From Pelomyxa schiedti (Eukaryota > Protista > Evosea): DNA of 40,113 bases. The DNA lies in NCBI GenBank assembly GCA_020536535.1, contig JAHLWZ010000394.1, forward strand, positions 1-40,113. The letters are read 5' to 3'. Each line of letters opens with the position of its first letter. Position 1 is the stretch's first letter. Below are positions 19,501 to 31,497 of the stretch, piece by piece. The position numbers and the translations under genes are program-made. The notes beneath the pieces are model-generated. The model was not told the DNA's origin. It saw only the letters and a list, made by a program, of their open reading frames with translations, and made no database searches.

Positions 19501-22305
19501 CACAAGTGTCGTTGGCTCCCCCGCAGAGTCCACAAAGATCATACTGCATACTCATATCGAAAGAACCTGGGTGAATATTAAATGCACTGGAAGTATAAAC
19601 CACTCATTCAGAAGGATACCGTCACATCCTCTACAGCTGCTTCCGTCCCCACCGCAAACGTTGCATACATCATATTCTATGTTATGTAACTTACAGAGAT
19701 AGAGAAAGAGAAAATACATACGAAGAGGGGGGAATGCTGTCTTGTTATCACATCCCACGCACCAGGCTGGCCCATTACAGACTCCACAGACTACAACCGC
19801 AGTTCCCCATGCTTCTAGGAAGCAGTCGTAGCAATCGTCACTCCCACCGCATACTCCACAGGTGTCGTACTAAAACGTCGTTAGTGTGCTACTAGCAGTT
19901 TGAAGTCGAACATTTTTCAAAGGTAACTCGAAGCTGCCGTCACATCCCATACAAGAAGAGTTGTCTCCACCACAAATGCCGCACAGATCCAGTTTGTAAG
20001 GTCCATAAGGTTTGTGTGTACAATCCATGCAAGTGTTATTTCCACCACACACTCCACACAGATCGTAGGTGGTGGGATTCAGGGAAGGCACTCCATCGCA
20101 ACTAGGGACATTTTAGTGAGGTGTCTCCATTCCTAGCACATACCCTGTGCAAGTTGCATTGTCGTAATATGAGTCGGTGTCACACACCCCACAGAAGTCT
20201 TCATATGCATAATCATCACCAGTTATGACTTGACCTGCGCAGTCCAAACACGTGCTACTGTTCCCGTCACAGACACCACATTCGTCATAGATCCTTTTGA
20301 ACAAGTTAGAAAAAGTCACACACTTCTGAGAAGTACAGGAATCCATATGGTGTTCCGGCACAGTCAACACAAGCATTTGTACCGCCACATTTTCCACATA
20401 GGTCATTAACCTTGGGTCCATTTGGAACCCCAGTGCAGTCTAAAATTTATGAGTTTATGAAAAAACAAAAAAAAAGGCAACCTAAGCATGGATAATGGTT
20501 AGTTACATTGATGTTGGACTTGCCCCATCCCAGAACTACCAGCTGAATATAACAGTTTTGAGGATTTCTGGTAAAAAAATGAGAAATCAAGAACAAAGGA
20601 CACTGCAGGCATACGGTACGGATGTAAGATTGACGTAGAACAAATAAGTCTTCTGTTCCGTCAAGTTTGTGTACAGGTGGGGCTTTGTGTCCTCAACATA
20701 AGAAAGCGGATCGTCGATAATAAATATCTGTGAGCTATAAGATATTTACAAGTTGAAGGCGGTTAAATACCTCGGCTCGAGATGTGATATAAGCCAGAGC
20801 ATATTTTACGGACTCCACAAGGTTACCACTATCAGCAGACAGAATTACAATTAAACCAAACCTGAAATTCCTCAGAAAATAAGTTAACTGAAAGAAACCA
20901 TACCCCCAGGAGGCTTGGAGAGCTTTCCACTGCAGGGTTTCATCTACGCTGTTAGAAGTAGGCTCATTGTTTACAAGAAACACAGGGAAAATGTTTCTTC
21001 GTAAAAACAGCGGTGCTAACAAATCCGGGTCTGGGTAATTCTCACCATCACCAGGAAGGTGCCTTTCAGTTGTTAATCGCTAAAATAATCCTTCTGGTGC
21101 ACACCCAATGCCGCTCCAGTCACAAGGTGGAGTAACACAGTCTGGTGTACAGTCGTAATTGTTTGCAGGAAGCGATGTTGCAGTGTTATCTTCATATTCT
21201 GAGGAGGTGGCCATTATGAGTACCTAGAGACAAGTAAGAAGAATAAAATACAGTTCAGGACAACTTTGATGGCTTCTTCTCTCCATTGTGTGGCTGGGCA
21301 TGATGAAAAAAGCATTCCTTCTAGTGCATCATTGGCGTTGCTTTTTGCAGTGAGGTATACATCTAAATTCTACAGAGGTAAGCCACAGTAGGTGTGGAAG
21401 AATACAACCAACAGCTGAGCTTGAAGGCCAGTGAAGTCCTTCTGAAGAACTTGAAATAGCTTATATGGCCAATTAGCACCATCAACTCTGGTTAGTTTTA
21501 ACCAGTTTTAAGACAAAAAAAGAGGATTCAAACCTGTTGTCTCCAACAGGCTTTTCTATGAAAGAACTCAAACCAAAAGCGCTGTTCTTACGTAGTGCAA
21601 TGACTTCTGCAATCATTTCCACCAACTTCATGGCAAATGTTGAGAGGTCATCGCCCATGAAATACGATTGATCCTAAATAGTGTGAACTCCAATGTGGAG
21701 TAAACTACATACATAAGTGAACATTAAATCGAGGGCTTGGTCATCCTGGCTTGGAACCAGAAGTTCAATCGGAACATCAAGCGGGTCGTTGGGATGTAAA
21801 TATACGTAGGAGACCTGTGCGGTGTCAAAGTGGGAAAACAAAAGGAAGAAATAATCACTCACAAATGGGTGAACAGGAAAGCCCGAATCTACCCAATATA
21901 CCTGGCTGTGAAGGTGGTGCCACTTGTAGGGGCACGTTCCAACCAACGGTCCTTCAATACTCAGAAATAATATTTTGACGACGCACAGAACGTACCGTCC
22001 CTGTTGCCTTTCGTGCAATACGCGCCAGCAGGATCAGCGCACCAACCACAAGTCGCATCTCCACCGTTTGAATACACACAGGCACTACAATTCTTTCCGT
22101 CACATGCAGCTGTAATAAGTTAAAATGAAATAAATTCACAATAAAAAGAAAACTAACCTTCCACAAGGCCACGTGGAGCTAACCCTATCACTATACAAAA
22201 AAAAAGTTAAATCAAAAGTTCGGTATTAATAATAATGGAAAAAACAAACCAACCTTGCAACAAAACAAGTGTAGTCGTTACAAATAACGCTGTAAAGTGT
22301 ATCAT
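16512..22305 (-). CDS. Integrin beta-like protein (PSI + beta-I/vWA, Cys-rich repeat stalk, TM, NxxY tail; many exons)
   Basis: Signal peptide MIHFTALFVTTTLVLLQ; PSI CSACV..CGWC..C. Beta-I motifs LDLMFTYDQSYFMGDDL, FGLSSFIEKP, QWREEAIKVVL, LPANNYDC, NYPDPDLL..NIFPVFLV and LSADSGNLVESV are colinear with integrin beta (VDLYYLMDLSYSMKDDL, LGFGSFVDK, GWRN..RLLV, PNDG.C, DYPS..NIQPIFAV, LSEDSSNVV). TM with GSIIG; tail ..IDNVLYE..NNEAWE..; TAA at 16512-16514. Confidence 0.88.
16965..20440 (-). repeat. ~30 tandem Cys-rich coding repeats, consensus YDxCG[VI]CGGxxxxCxGCDG.P
   Basis: Examples: YDLCGVCGGNNTCMDC, LDLCGICGGDNSSCMGCDG, FDACFVCGGDNSSCLSCDG, VDACGICGGNGTSCAGCDG. Count is approximate. Confidence 0.9.
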
Positions 22306-22597
22306 ACAAAATACCCTCGCGAACTACAACCAATCCCCTATTTATTTTTGTTTGTAGTCAAATTGCTGCCCGTAACCACTCGTTTGCTTGTTTTTTTTTC
22401 TGTTTTTCTTCCAAGTGACAGGCCGGGAAATGATGCCCGTTTCCCAAAAAAGAAGGCGGTACCGAAAAGATTTCTTCTTGTTGTGGGCCCAGTGAACGAT
22501 TCATCACATTACGATGGCTTTGCTGGTGGGAATCCAGGCCAAGCCAGTGCGTATCGGAATGAAAGGAGTGGAAGGCTAATTAGCTGTGTTCACATCT

Positions 22598-24685
22598 TTA
22601 CAGCTGCAGGAGGATTGGGAAAGTATCACCAAGCCAATTGCGGATGCTTGAGGGCCTCTTCCATGGCCTCTGCTGTGACCAGTACTCTGCAATGTCACGT
22701 GTTGTGATGTCAGGGAACACCCTCATCGTGAACTGGGCCATCACTGGTGTGTGTGTAACAAGGCACATCCAGTGTTGTTTCACAGTCTCTGATGTGATAC
22801 CTGGGAACACCCTCAGCATCATCTGAAACGTGAACAGGTCAGATGCTGAGAATGCTGATGGATCCCAGTGCAATTCCAACACCTGTGTAATTAAGAGAAT
22901 CTTCTTTGAAAAGGGAAATTCTCACACCTCATCCAAGGTGATGTGAAACCTGTTGATGAGCCACTCTGCACAACTGGCCTGTCTCCGTGCCACTAGATTG
23001 TGAAGCAACGTGTTGTTGTCGAGTGTGATATGCTCACGTTCTAGTTGGAAGTGTGTGATCAACCACTTCACTGACTTGATGGATCCAAAGCTAATCAACT
23101 CAGGGTTTGCAAGGCACTGTGCAACGGACTCTTTTGTGAATTCACCCATGGAAATCACCTTTTTGACTTGTGTGAGAGTGTCACCTTGCAGGCTTTCCTT
23201 CAGTACACCAAGGAGGAGCTCAGTGTGTGTTGGTTCGCTGATGGGGAACTTCTCAATGATGAAAAGTGGCGTTGCTGACAATCTTTTTTTACCCAGAAGG
23301 TACTTCACAGTTTCCGCAACCAAACTTTCATCCAGGTTTGCCATTGTTGGGTGATTCAGAAGCCATTTCACGCCTTGTGCCCTTTCGTCACCAGATTGGA
23401 TGTGCTTGCACATCTTGGAAAGGACTGAACTTACTCCAGTTGTTGTATTTTTCATGATGCCGAAGGACTCATCCAACCACGATGCAGTGGCGATGTTGTT
23501 GGTTGCCAGTGAAATGACAAAAGACTCGCAGGCATCCTCTGGTGAAAGACTCACCTTTGTTGACAGCCACTTCATCACATCCAAATTTTCCGTTTGGTTT
23601 TTGCAGGCTGCACGAAATATTTCAGGTGTTGGTGTGACTGAGTGCTCCTCAACGGCCCACTTCAGAAGATCAAGTCCACCTTCTTTGGGGCAAACTCTCT
23701 TAACCATTTCACTGGTGACGGTGAATGATGAAGGAAATGAAGAAGCTGCCCACCTGAGTACCTCAGCATTTGGAAGCGCATCAATGAAACTGTCATCAAT
23801 GGGAAGAATGCGATCCCTGATGCACTCACACACAGCAGTGCAATTGGTCCTGAGGAAATAGAAAGCTGTTGTTCCCTTGAAGGGTGAATCTGCACCCACA
23901 GGGAACATTTCCAATGCCCACTTGACAGTTTCCACGTTTCCACCCCTGCAAGCCTCTCCCTGAATGAACTCAGCCCTCCCAGAATAGTACTTTTTCAGGC
24001 TCTGTGGGCCAATTGATCCCACAATCCACTTTGCGACTTCCAGCCTCCCCTTGGAAAGTGCGGATATCATTGGCCCGTACAACTCCCAAGGGTGGTCCAT
24101 GTACCCAAACCTCTCGACCATCCACTTCACCACATCCAAGTGTCCCTTCTTGCACACTCCAGCGAGCAGATCTGAGTTCCTCACGTGGTCATCCAGCAGG
24201 AAGCGATCGCAACTCCAAATTGTGGGATCTGGCCACACACCAGCGACCAGCTTCTGTGCCATTTCCAAGTGACCACCGCAGCACAGCCCCTCAAGGATGT
24301 GCACCAACTCCTTGGTCTTGTTCCCGTTGTTGCCCGCGTTGAGCTCATTCTCTGTTGCCGCCGATGTATCGGAACTATGGGTTTCGTTGGATACGTGGTG
24401 CTTGATGAGCCACCTGAGGCACGATTGGGCACAGGCCTCGGCGGCCACTTCGAGGGCGAGGTAGTACTTGCTGTCGTGGTTCAAGATCAACCGGCACGCT
24501 CGAGGGACGAGGGGGAAAACGCCCTCGCAGACACTTAACAGCGTGACGGCGTCGTCAGTCGTTCTTATGGGTGCCAGAAGCGTGGCGCCGTTGGTTGGTG
24601 TGTCCAACCACGGGAGTACGTTGTCCCACAACAGCCTCGACAACCAAACGACTCGGTTGTGGTACTCAGCACGCGCAGTAGACAT
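22598..24685 (-). CDS. Ankyrin-like helical-repeat family protein, copy A (intron 22883-22927)
   Basis: Long ORF with GLCCGGHLEMAQ, VCKKGHLDVVKWM, ALSKGRLEVAKW and ACRGGNVETVKW repeats. Conserved intron after HITLDE; last exon DLFTFQMMLRVFP.. Confidence 0.85.
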
Positions 24686-24726
24686 CAATAGATTGGATTT
24701 TGCTTGTTTTTCAAATTTTCAACCAG

Positions 24727-26825
24727 TTACCAGAGGCTTCTGGGGCGCCACCCATAAGCCCTAGCTACCCACGGGTCCCTTTGTGCCCAGAAAGCAGCAA
24801 TCTCAGGTGTCGTGATGTCAGGGAAAACCCTCATCGTGAACTGGGCCACGACTGGTGTCCGGGTCGCAAGGCACATCCAGTGCTGTTTCACAGTCCCTGA
24901 CGTGATACCTGGGAACACCCTCAGCATCATCTGAAACGTGAACAGGTCGATTTTTGAGAATTCTGATGACTCCCAATCCAATTCCAACACCTGTCCACAA
25001 AGTGTGAGGAAGATGTATCCTTGGGAAAGGGAAATTCACACACCTCATCCAAGGTGATGTGGAACCTGTTGATGAGCCACTCTGCACAACTTGCTTGTTT
25101 ATTTGTCAGGAGGTTGTGAAGCAACGTGTTGTTGTCAAGTGTGATGTGCTCACGTTCGAGTTGGAAGTGTGTGATCAACCACTTCACTGCCCTCGTTGGT
25201 GCAGACATAATGAATGCTGAGTTTGCAAGGCACTGTGCAACAGCCTCTTTTGTGAATTCACCCATGGAACTCACCTTTTTGACTTGTGTGAAAGTGCCAC
25301 TGAGAAAACTTTCCTTCAGAATTCCAACAAGGAGCTCAGTGCGTGTTGGTTCACTGATGAGGGGGAACTTTTGAATGATTAAGAGTGGTGTTGCTGACAA
25401 ATTGAGGAACAGAAGGTGCCTCACAGCTTTCACAATCAGGCTCTCTTCCACCTGAGTCATCTCTGGATGATTCAGGAGCCATTTTACACCCTCTATTCTT
25501 TCCTGTTTAAATGGGATGTGTTTGCACACCCTCTCAAGGATTGAGGTTGCTCCGTGGTGAAAAGGAGTAGCATGTTTCATGATGCCGAAGGACTCATCCA
25601 ACCAAGACGCAGTGGCGACGTTGTTGCTTGCCAGTGAAACGGCGAAACACTCACAGGCATCCTCTGGTGAAAGACTCACATTTGTTGATAGCCACTTCAT
25701 CATCTCTAAATTCTCCTTTTGGTTTTTGCAGGCTGCACTAAACAGTTGGGGCGTTGGTGTGACTAAGTTTTCCTCAACGGCCCACTTCAGAAGATCGAGC
25801 CCACCTTCCTTTGGGCAAACCTTCTGAACGGTTTCACTGGTGATCATGGCGGAGAAGGGAGAATATACAGAACTTGCCCACCTCAGTACCTCTGCGTTTG
25901 AGAGGGAGTCAATGTGAAAGGGCTCAAATGGAAGTTGCGTGTGCTCTTTGATGCACTCGCACACAGCGGTGCAATTTTTCCTGATGTAACCATAAAACGA
26001 GCCTGCAGTGTACAGACTGTCCAAAGGGAACAGGCCAAGCACCCACTTCACAGCTTCCACGTTTCCACTCTTGCATGCTTTTCCCTGAACGACCTCACTG
26101 TAACACGTTGTCATGCTCTGCGGGTCGGCAATTGATCCCACAATCCACTTTGCGACTTCCAGCCTCCCCTTGGAAAGTGCGGCCGCCACTGGGCCATACA
26201 GCTCCAAAGGGTGGTGAGTGTACCCAAACCTCTCGACCATCCACTTCACCACATCCAAGTGACCCCTCTTGCACACTCCAGAAAGTATATCCGCCATCCT
26301 CACGTGCTCAACAATGTACGCCTCCCCACTGCCATTGGCACCACAACCACCCCCCCACGTGATCCCACTCGGCCAGATACCACCACCACCGCGATAAGCC
26401 TCCGTAAGCCTTGTTGCGGCGTCCAGGTGGCCAGCACGGCACAGGCCCCCAAGGACGCGAATAAACTCCTTGGTCTCGTTCCTCCGGTTCCCTGCTTGGT
26501 CATTGGCGTGGTTCGTGATGAGCCAATTGAGGCACGACTGGGCCCCGGCCTCGGCCGCCGCCTCGAGTGCGTTGTAGTACTTGTTGTCGTGCGACAGCAC
26601 CAGGCGACACATGCGGGGCACGAGAGGGAAGATGCCCTCGCCGACACTCAGCAGCGTCGCACTTTCCTCACTTGTAATTGTGGGATCATCATCACCATCG
26701 CCGTTGTTGGTTGGGGACACGACAAGCCACGGGACAACGTTGTCCCACAATAACCTCGACAACCACACAACTCGGTTGTGGTGCTCCGATGCTCCCCTCG
26801 TCGTGTTGTTGTCTCGTATCATCAT
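24727..26825 (-). CDS. Ankyrin-like helical-repeat family protein, copy B (intron 24991-25043)
   Basis: Paralogue of A with the same motifs and intron position. Start inferred at MMIRDN by homology. Confidence 0.85.
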
Positions 26826-27039
26826 CAAATGTAGACGCAGAAAGTGATGTTGATGATTGTGATGTTTCAGTGAAAAGAAATCAAAGCACAACCGATCCAC
26901 ACAACACGCGATACTCACCACAACACACGAGATTCAACACCTCACGGCACTTTGGAAACCCACAAAGTGGCGAAACTCATTGAACTCGCCGAGTTCAATG
27001 AATTACCCCAAAAATGAGCCCTGGACTCGTTTTTTTTAT

Positions 27040-29261
27040 CTATTGTCTAATACTATTAATCCAAAGCTGGACACTGAGGGGAACTTCACCTTCCGGCTCA
27101 TGGGACCAGCGCTCGGCAATGTCAGTGGTTGTGATGCCAGGGAACATCTGCATTGTGAACTGTGCCATCGCTGGTGTGCTTGTGACAAGCTTCAGAAAGT
27201 GCTCTTTGACTATTGCTGCTGTGATACTTGGGAACACCCTCAGCATCATCTGCCATGTGAACATATCAAATTCAAGTGGCATCCCGTCTAACTGGAACCC
27301 AATCACCTGTGACACACACACGAAGGTGAGTTAAATGGTGAAGAAGGATAATTATCATCAACCTCATCCAAGGTGATGTGGAACCTGTTGATGACCCACT
27401 CAGCACAACTTGCATGGTCATTGACCAGTAAATTCTTCAGTATTGCAATGTTGTTGAGTGTGATGCACTTGCGTTCCAACTGGAATTGAGTGATCAACCA
27501 CTTCACTGATTTGCTTGAGAACAAATAAGGGCAATCGGGGATTGCAAGGCACTGTGCAACAGCCTCTTTCGTGAATTCACACATGGAAATCACCTTCTTG
27601 ACTTGTGTGAGATCACCACCTTGAACACTTTCCTTCAACACACCAATGAGGAGCTCAGTGCGAGTTGGTTCACTGATGATGGGGAACTTCTCAATGATGA
27701 GGAGTGGTGTTGCTGACAAATTCTTTTTGAACACAAGGTGTCTCACAGCTTTCACAATCGTGGTTTCATCAATGCTGACCAGCATTGGATGATTCAGAAT
27801 CCATGCCACACCCTCCAACCTTTCCCCAAAAAACATTTTCTTGCAGACATTCATGAGGATTGACACAGCTCCACATTTTTCCACAATGTGGAAGGTGTCA
27901 TCCAGCCATGATGCAACTGCTGTGTTGCTGCGTTCCAAAGAACTGACCAAGGAATCTTGGAGAATTTCGCCAGAAGGTGCAACTTTGGACGCCAACCATT
28001 GCACAAGCTGCACGTCATCTTCGGAGTTTCTGCAGGCTGCACAGAACGCTGACAAATTTGGGTGGATTTCCTTCTCTTCAACCACCCACTTGGCCATCTC
28101 ATGGGCACTTGAGGCCACTTCACACAGGTGCTCAAGATTTTCCTTGGAGAGTGTGAATTCTGGAAACGCTGATGTGGCCCACTTGAGTACATCCAAGCTG
28201 CCAATTTTCCCGAAGAATTCTTCTTCAGAGGAAGTGGGCCAATCAGAGGGTGCAGGACTGTGATCCTTGACGAACTGGCAAACTTCCACAGTTTCTCCTT
28301 TTCTCTCACTGTCCCCAATGCATGGGATCAGCTTGAAACACGTAGTATCACGTCCCAGTGGAAAATTCTCAAAGCACCACTTCACAACACCCAAGTTTCC
28401 ACTTTGGCATGCTTCGTAGTCCACCAAACCCTCATGCCTAATGAGCAAAGGGATCACGTGCACAGACTGGCTGGCTGCCCACTTGGCCAACTCCAAGTGT
28501 CCCCCTCTGACAGCACCAACGAGTGCCCAGATGAGCTCCCAAGGCTCGTCCCTGATGTCGAACCTCTCCACCAGCCACCTCGCAACGCCCATGTGCCCCT
28601 TGTCACACACTCTCTCCAGGAGGTTGGATGACTTCACATGATAAGCAAGGTCCCAATCAACTCCCCTCCTCTCCACCCTTGTCCCTGGGTCTGATTCACC
28701 CCCACCACTGCCACTACTCCTCCCACTGTACCAGAAACCAGGGGTTCTTCTCTCGGGGTCAGACCTCTCCTGTTTCCGCCACGTTATTCCAGGCAAAATG
28801 CCACCACCATGATGATAATCCACCAGTGCTTGTGCCATCTCCGAATGACCACCACAGCACAGCCCATCCAGGACACACATCAACTCCCTTTTCTCTTTCA
28901 CTTCCTCAGTGCTGAAATTGCTCCTTTCAGTGTTGTTGTTGCTATTGTGGGATTTGAGGAGCCAACAGAGGCAGGAGCTGGCGCCGGCCTCTGCGGCTGC
29001 ACCGAGGGCGGTGTAGTACTTATGGGTCCGCGATAGGATGAGGCGACACACGCGGGGCACGAGGGGGAATACGCCCTCGCCGACCCTCGCCAGTGTCACG
29101 CAGTGCTCCCTCGTCAGATCTGGTGGGGGCGTCGACCACGATCGTCGCGACGACGGCAACAACCACTGGACAACGTTGTCCCACACGATCCGCGACACCA
29201 ACAGAACCCGATCGTTGTGTTCCTCCCTCGTTCTTTGACGACCACCCGTGTCCCCCATCAT
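27040..29261 (-). CDS. Ankyrin-like helical-repeat family protein, copy C (intron 27307-27362)
   Basis: Paralogue with SRIVWDNVVQWL, GEGVFPLVPRVCRL and CDKGHMGVARWL; same intron position. Confidence 0.85.
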
Positions 29262-29376
29262 TTCACAGAAAAAAAAGGATAATGATTATCCCTTCGGCGG
29301 AACGCCTGTCTGACAGGATCGTTTTTTTTCTGATCGATCGTTCCGTTAATCAAAATAAATAAACACCTCCTTCATT

Positions 29377-31497
29377 TTATGACAGCTTATGGAGGATTGG
29401 GAAGGCGTCACCAAGCCAATTGCGGATGCTTGAGGGCCTCTTCCACAGCTTCTGTTTTGACCAGTAATCAGCAACGTCACGTGTTGTGATGTCAGGGAAC
29501 ACCCTCATCGTGAACTGGGCCATCACTGGTGTGTGTGTAAAAAGGCACATCCAGTGCTGTTTCACGGTTTCTGCAGTGATACCTGGGAACACCCTCAGCA
29601 TCATCTGCCATGTGAACAGGTCTGAGTCAATGAAGGGAGATGGCTCCCAGGTTAGCAGCAGCACCTGGTCACAAAGAAAGCGGCTTAAAAATGTCTTTTT
29701 GGGAAGGGAAAATCACACCTCATCCAAGGTGATGTGGAATCTGTTGATGACCCACTCTGCACAACTGGCCTTTCTATGTGTAAGGAGGTTTTGAAGCAAC
29801 GTGTTGTTGTTGAGTGTGATGTGCTCACGTTCGAGTTGGAAGTGTGTGCTCAACCACTTTAATGCCTTCATTGACCCAAACACATTCAACTCAGGGTTTG
29901 CAAGGCACTGGGCAACAGACTCTTTTGTGAATTCACACATGGAAATCACCTTCTTGACTTGTGTGATGGTGTCATTTTGAACACTTTCCTGCAGTACACC
30001 AATGAGCACCTCGGTGCGAGTTGGTTCACTGATGAGGGGGAACTTCTCAATGATGAGGAGTGGTGTTGCTGACAAATTCTTTTTGAACACGAGGTGCCTC
30101 ACAGCTTTCACAATCAGGCTCTCTTCCACCTTTGACATCCCTGGATGATTCAGGATCCATTTTACACCCTCTATTCTTCTTTCCTGTGTGATGTGTTTGC
30201 ACACCCTCACAAAGACTGAACCTACTCCAAATGGAGTGGTTGTGGCACGTTTCATGATGCCGAATGACTCATCCAACCAAGACGCAGTGGTGATGTTGTT
30301 GATGGACAGTGAAATGGCGAAACACTCACAGGCATCCTCTGGTGAAAGACTCACCTTTGTTGACAGCCACTTCATCACCTCCAAATTTTCGGTTCGGTTT
30401 TTGCAGGCTGCACGAAACAGTTTTGGTGTTGGTGTGACTGAGTGGTCCTCAACGGCCCACTTCAGAAGATCAAGCCCACCTTCTTTGGGGCAAACGATCT
30501 GAATGATTTCACTGGTGATCTTGAATGAAGGAAATGCAGAAGTTGTCCATCTGAGCACCTCTGCATTTGGGATGTCACCAGGATTAAATGGAAGCGGAAG
30601 GTGCTCTTTGATGCACTCGCACACAGCAGTGCAATTTTCTCTGAGGAAATTAAAAAAGATGCCTCCAGTGATTGTATAGTCCAAAGGGAACATGTGAAGC
30701 ACCCACTTTATGGCTTCCACGTTTCCACTCCGACATGCCAAGCCATGAATGATCCGAGGTCTTCCAGAGAAGTACTTTTTCACACTCTGTGGATCACTTA
30801 TTTCACCCATAATCCACTTGGCTACTTCCAGCCTCCCCTTGGAAAGAGCTGCAGTCAGTGGCCCATACAGCTCCCAATGATGGCCAGTGTACCCAAACCT
30901 CTCAACCATCCACTTTGCCACATCCAAGTGACCCCTGCTGCACACCTCAGAAATTGTATTCTCCATCTTCACGTGCTCAGAAATGTATGCCTCCTCCCCT
31001 TCACCACAACCGCCCCCCCACGTGATCCCACTGCTTGGCCAGCGACCGTGACCACCACGATAAACATCCACGAGCCTTGTTGCGGCGTCCAGGTGGCCAG
31101 CGCGGCACAGGCCCCCAAGGACGCGAATAAACTCCTTGGTCTCGTTCCTCCGGTTCCCTGCTTGGTCATTGACCTCGTCGTCGTAGTTGTTGTTGTTGGT
31201 GTGGTTCGTGATGAGCCAATTGAGGCACGACTGGGCCCCGGCCTCGGCTGCCGCCTCGAGTGCGTTGTAGTACTTGTTGTCGTGCGACAGCACCAGGCGA
31301 CACACGCGGGGAACGAGAGAGAAGATGCCCTCGCCGACACTCATCAGCGTCACACTGTCCTCACTTGTAATTGTGGGATCATCATCACCATCGCCGTTGT
31401 TGGTTGGGGACACGACAAGCCACGGGACCACGTTGTCCCACAATAGCCTCGACAACCACACAACTCGGTTGTGATACTCGGTACGCACCGTCGACAT
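29377..31497 (-). CDS. Ankyrin-like helical-repeat family protein, copy D (intron 29665-29718)
   Basis: Paralogue. Start MSTVRTEYHNRV inferred from homology with copy A (MSTARAEYHNRV). Confidence 0.85.

Noticed and set aside
16965-20440. CRISPR-like or DNA tandem repeat array
   Set aside because: The periodicity is at the protein level (Cys repeats) with degenerate codons and introns; there are no identical DNA repeats with spacers.
1822-22305. Alternative genetic code to explain the fragmented ORFs
   Set aside because: At the junctions I traced, the stops fall in short GT-AG introns and the genes read through in the standard code.
22297-22707. 136-aa plus-strand ORF
   Set aside because: Overlaps the integrin upstream region and lies antisense to copy A's last exon; no motifs, non-ATG start.
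30601-31446. 281-aa plus-strand ORF, and similar antisense ORFs over the array genes
   Set aside because: Antisense shadows of GC-rich coding sequence that recur in paralogues only because the sense genes are conserved.
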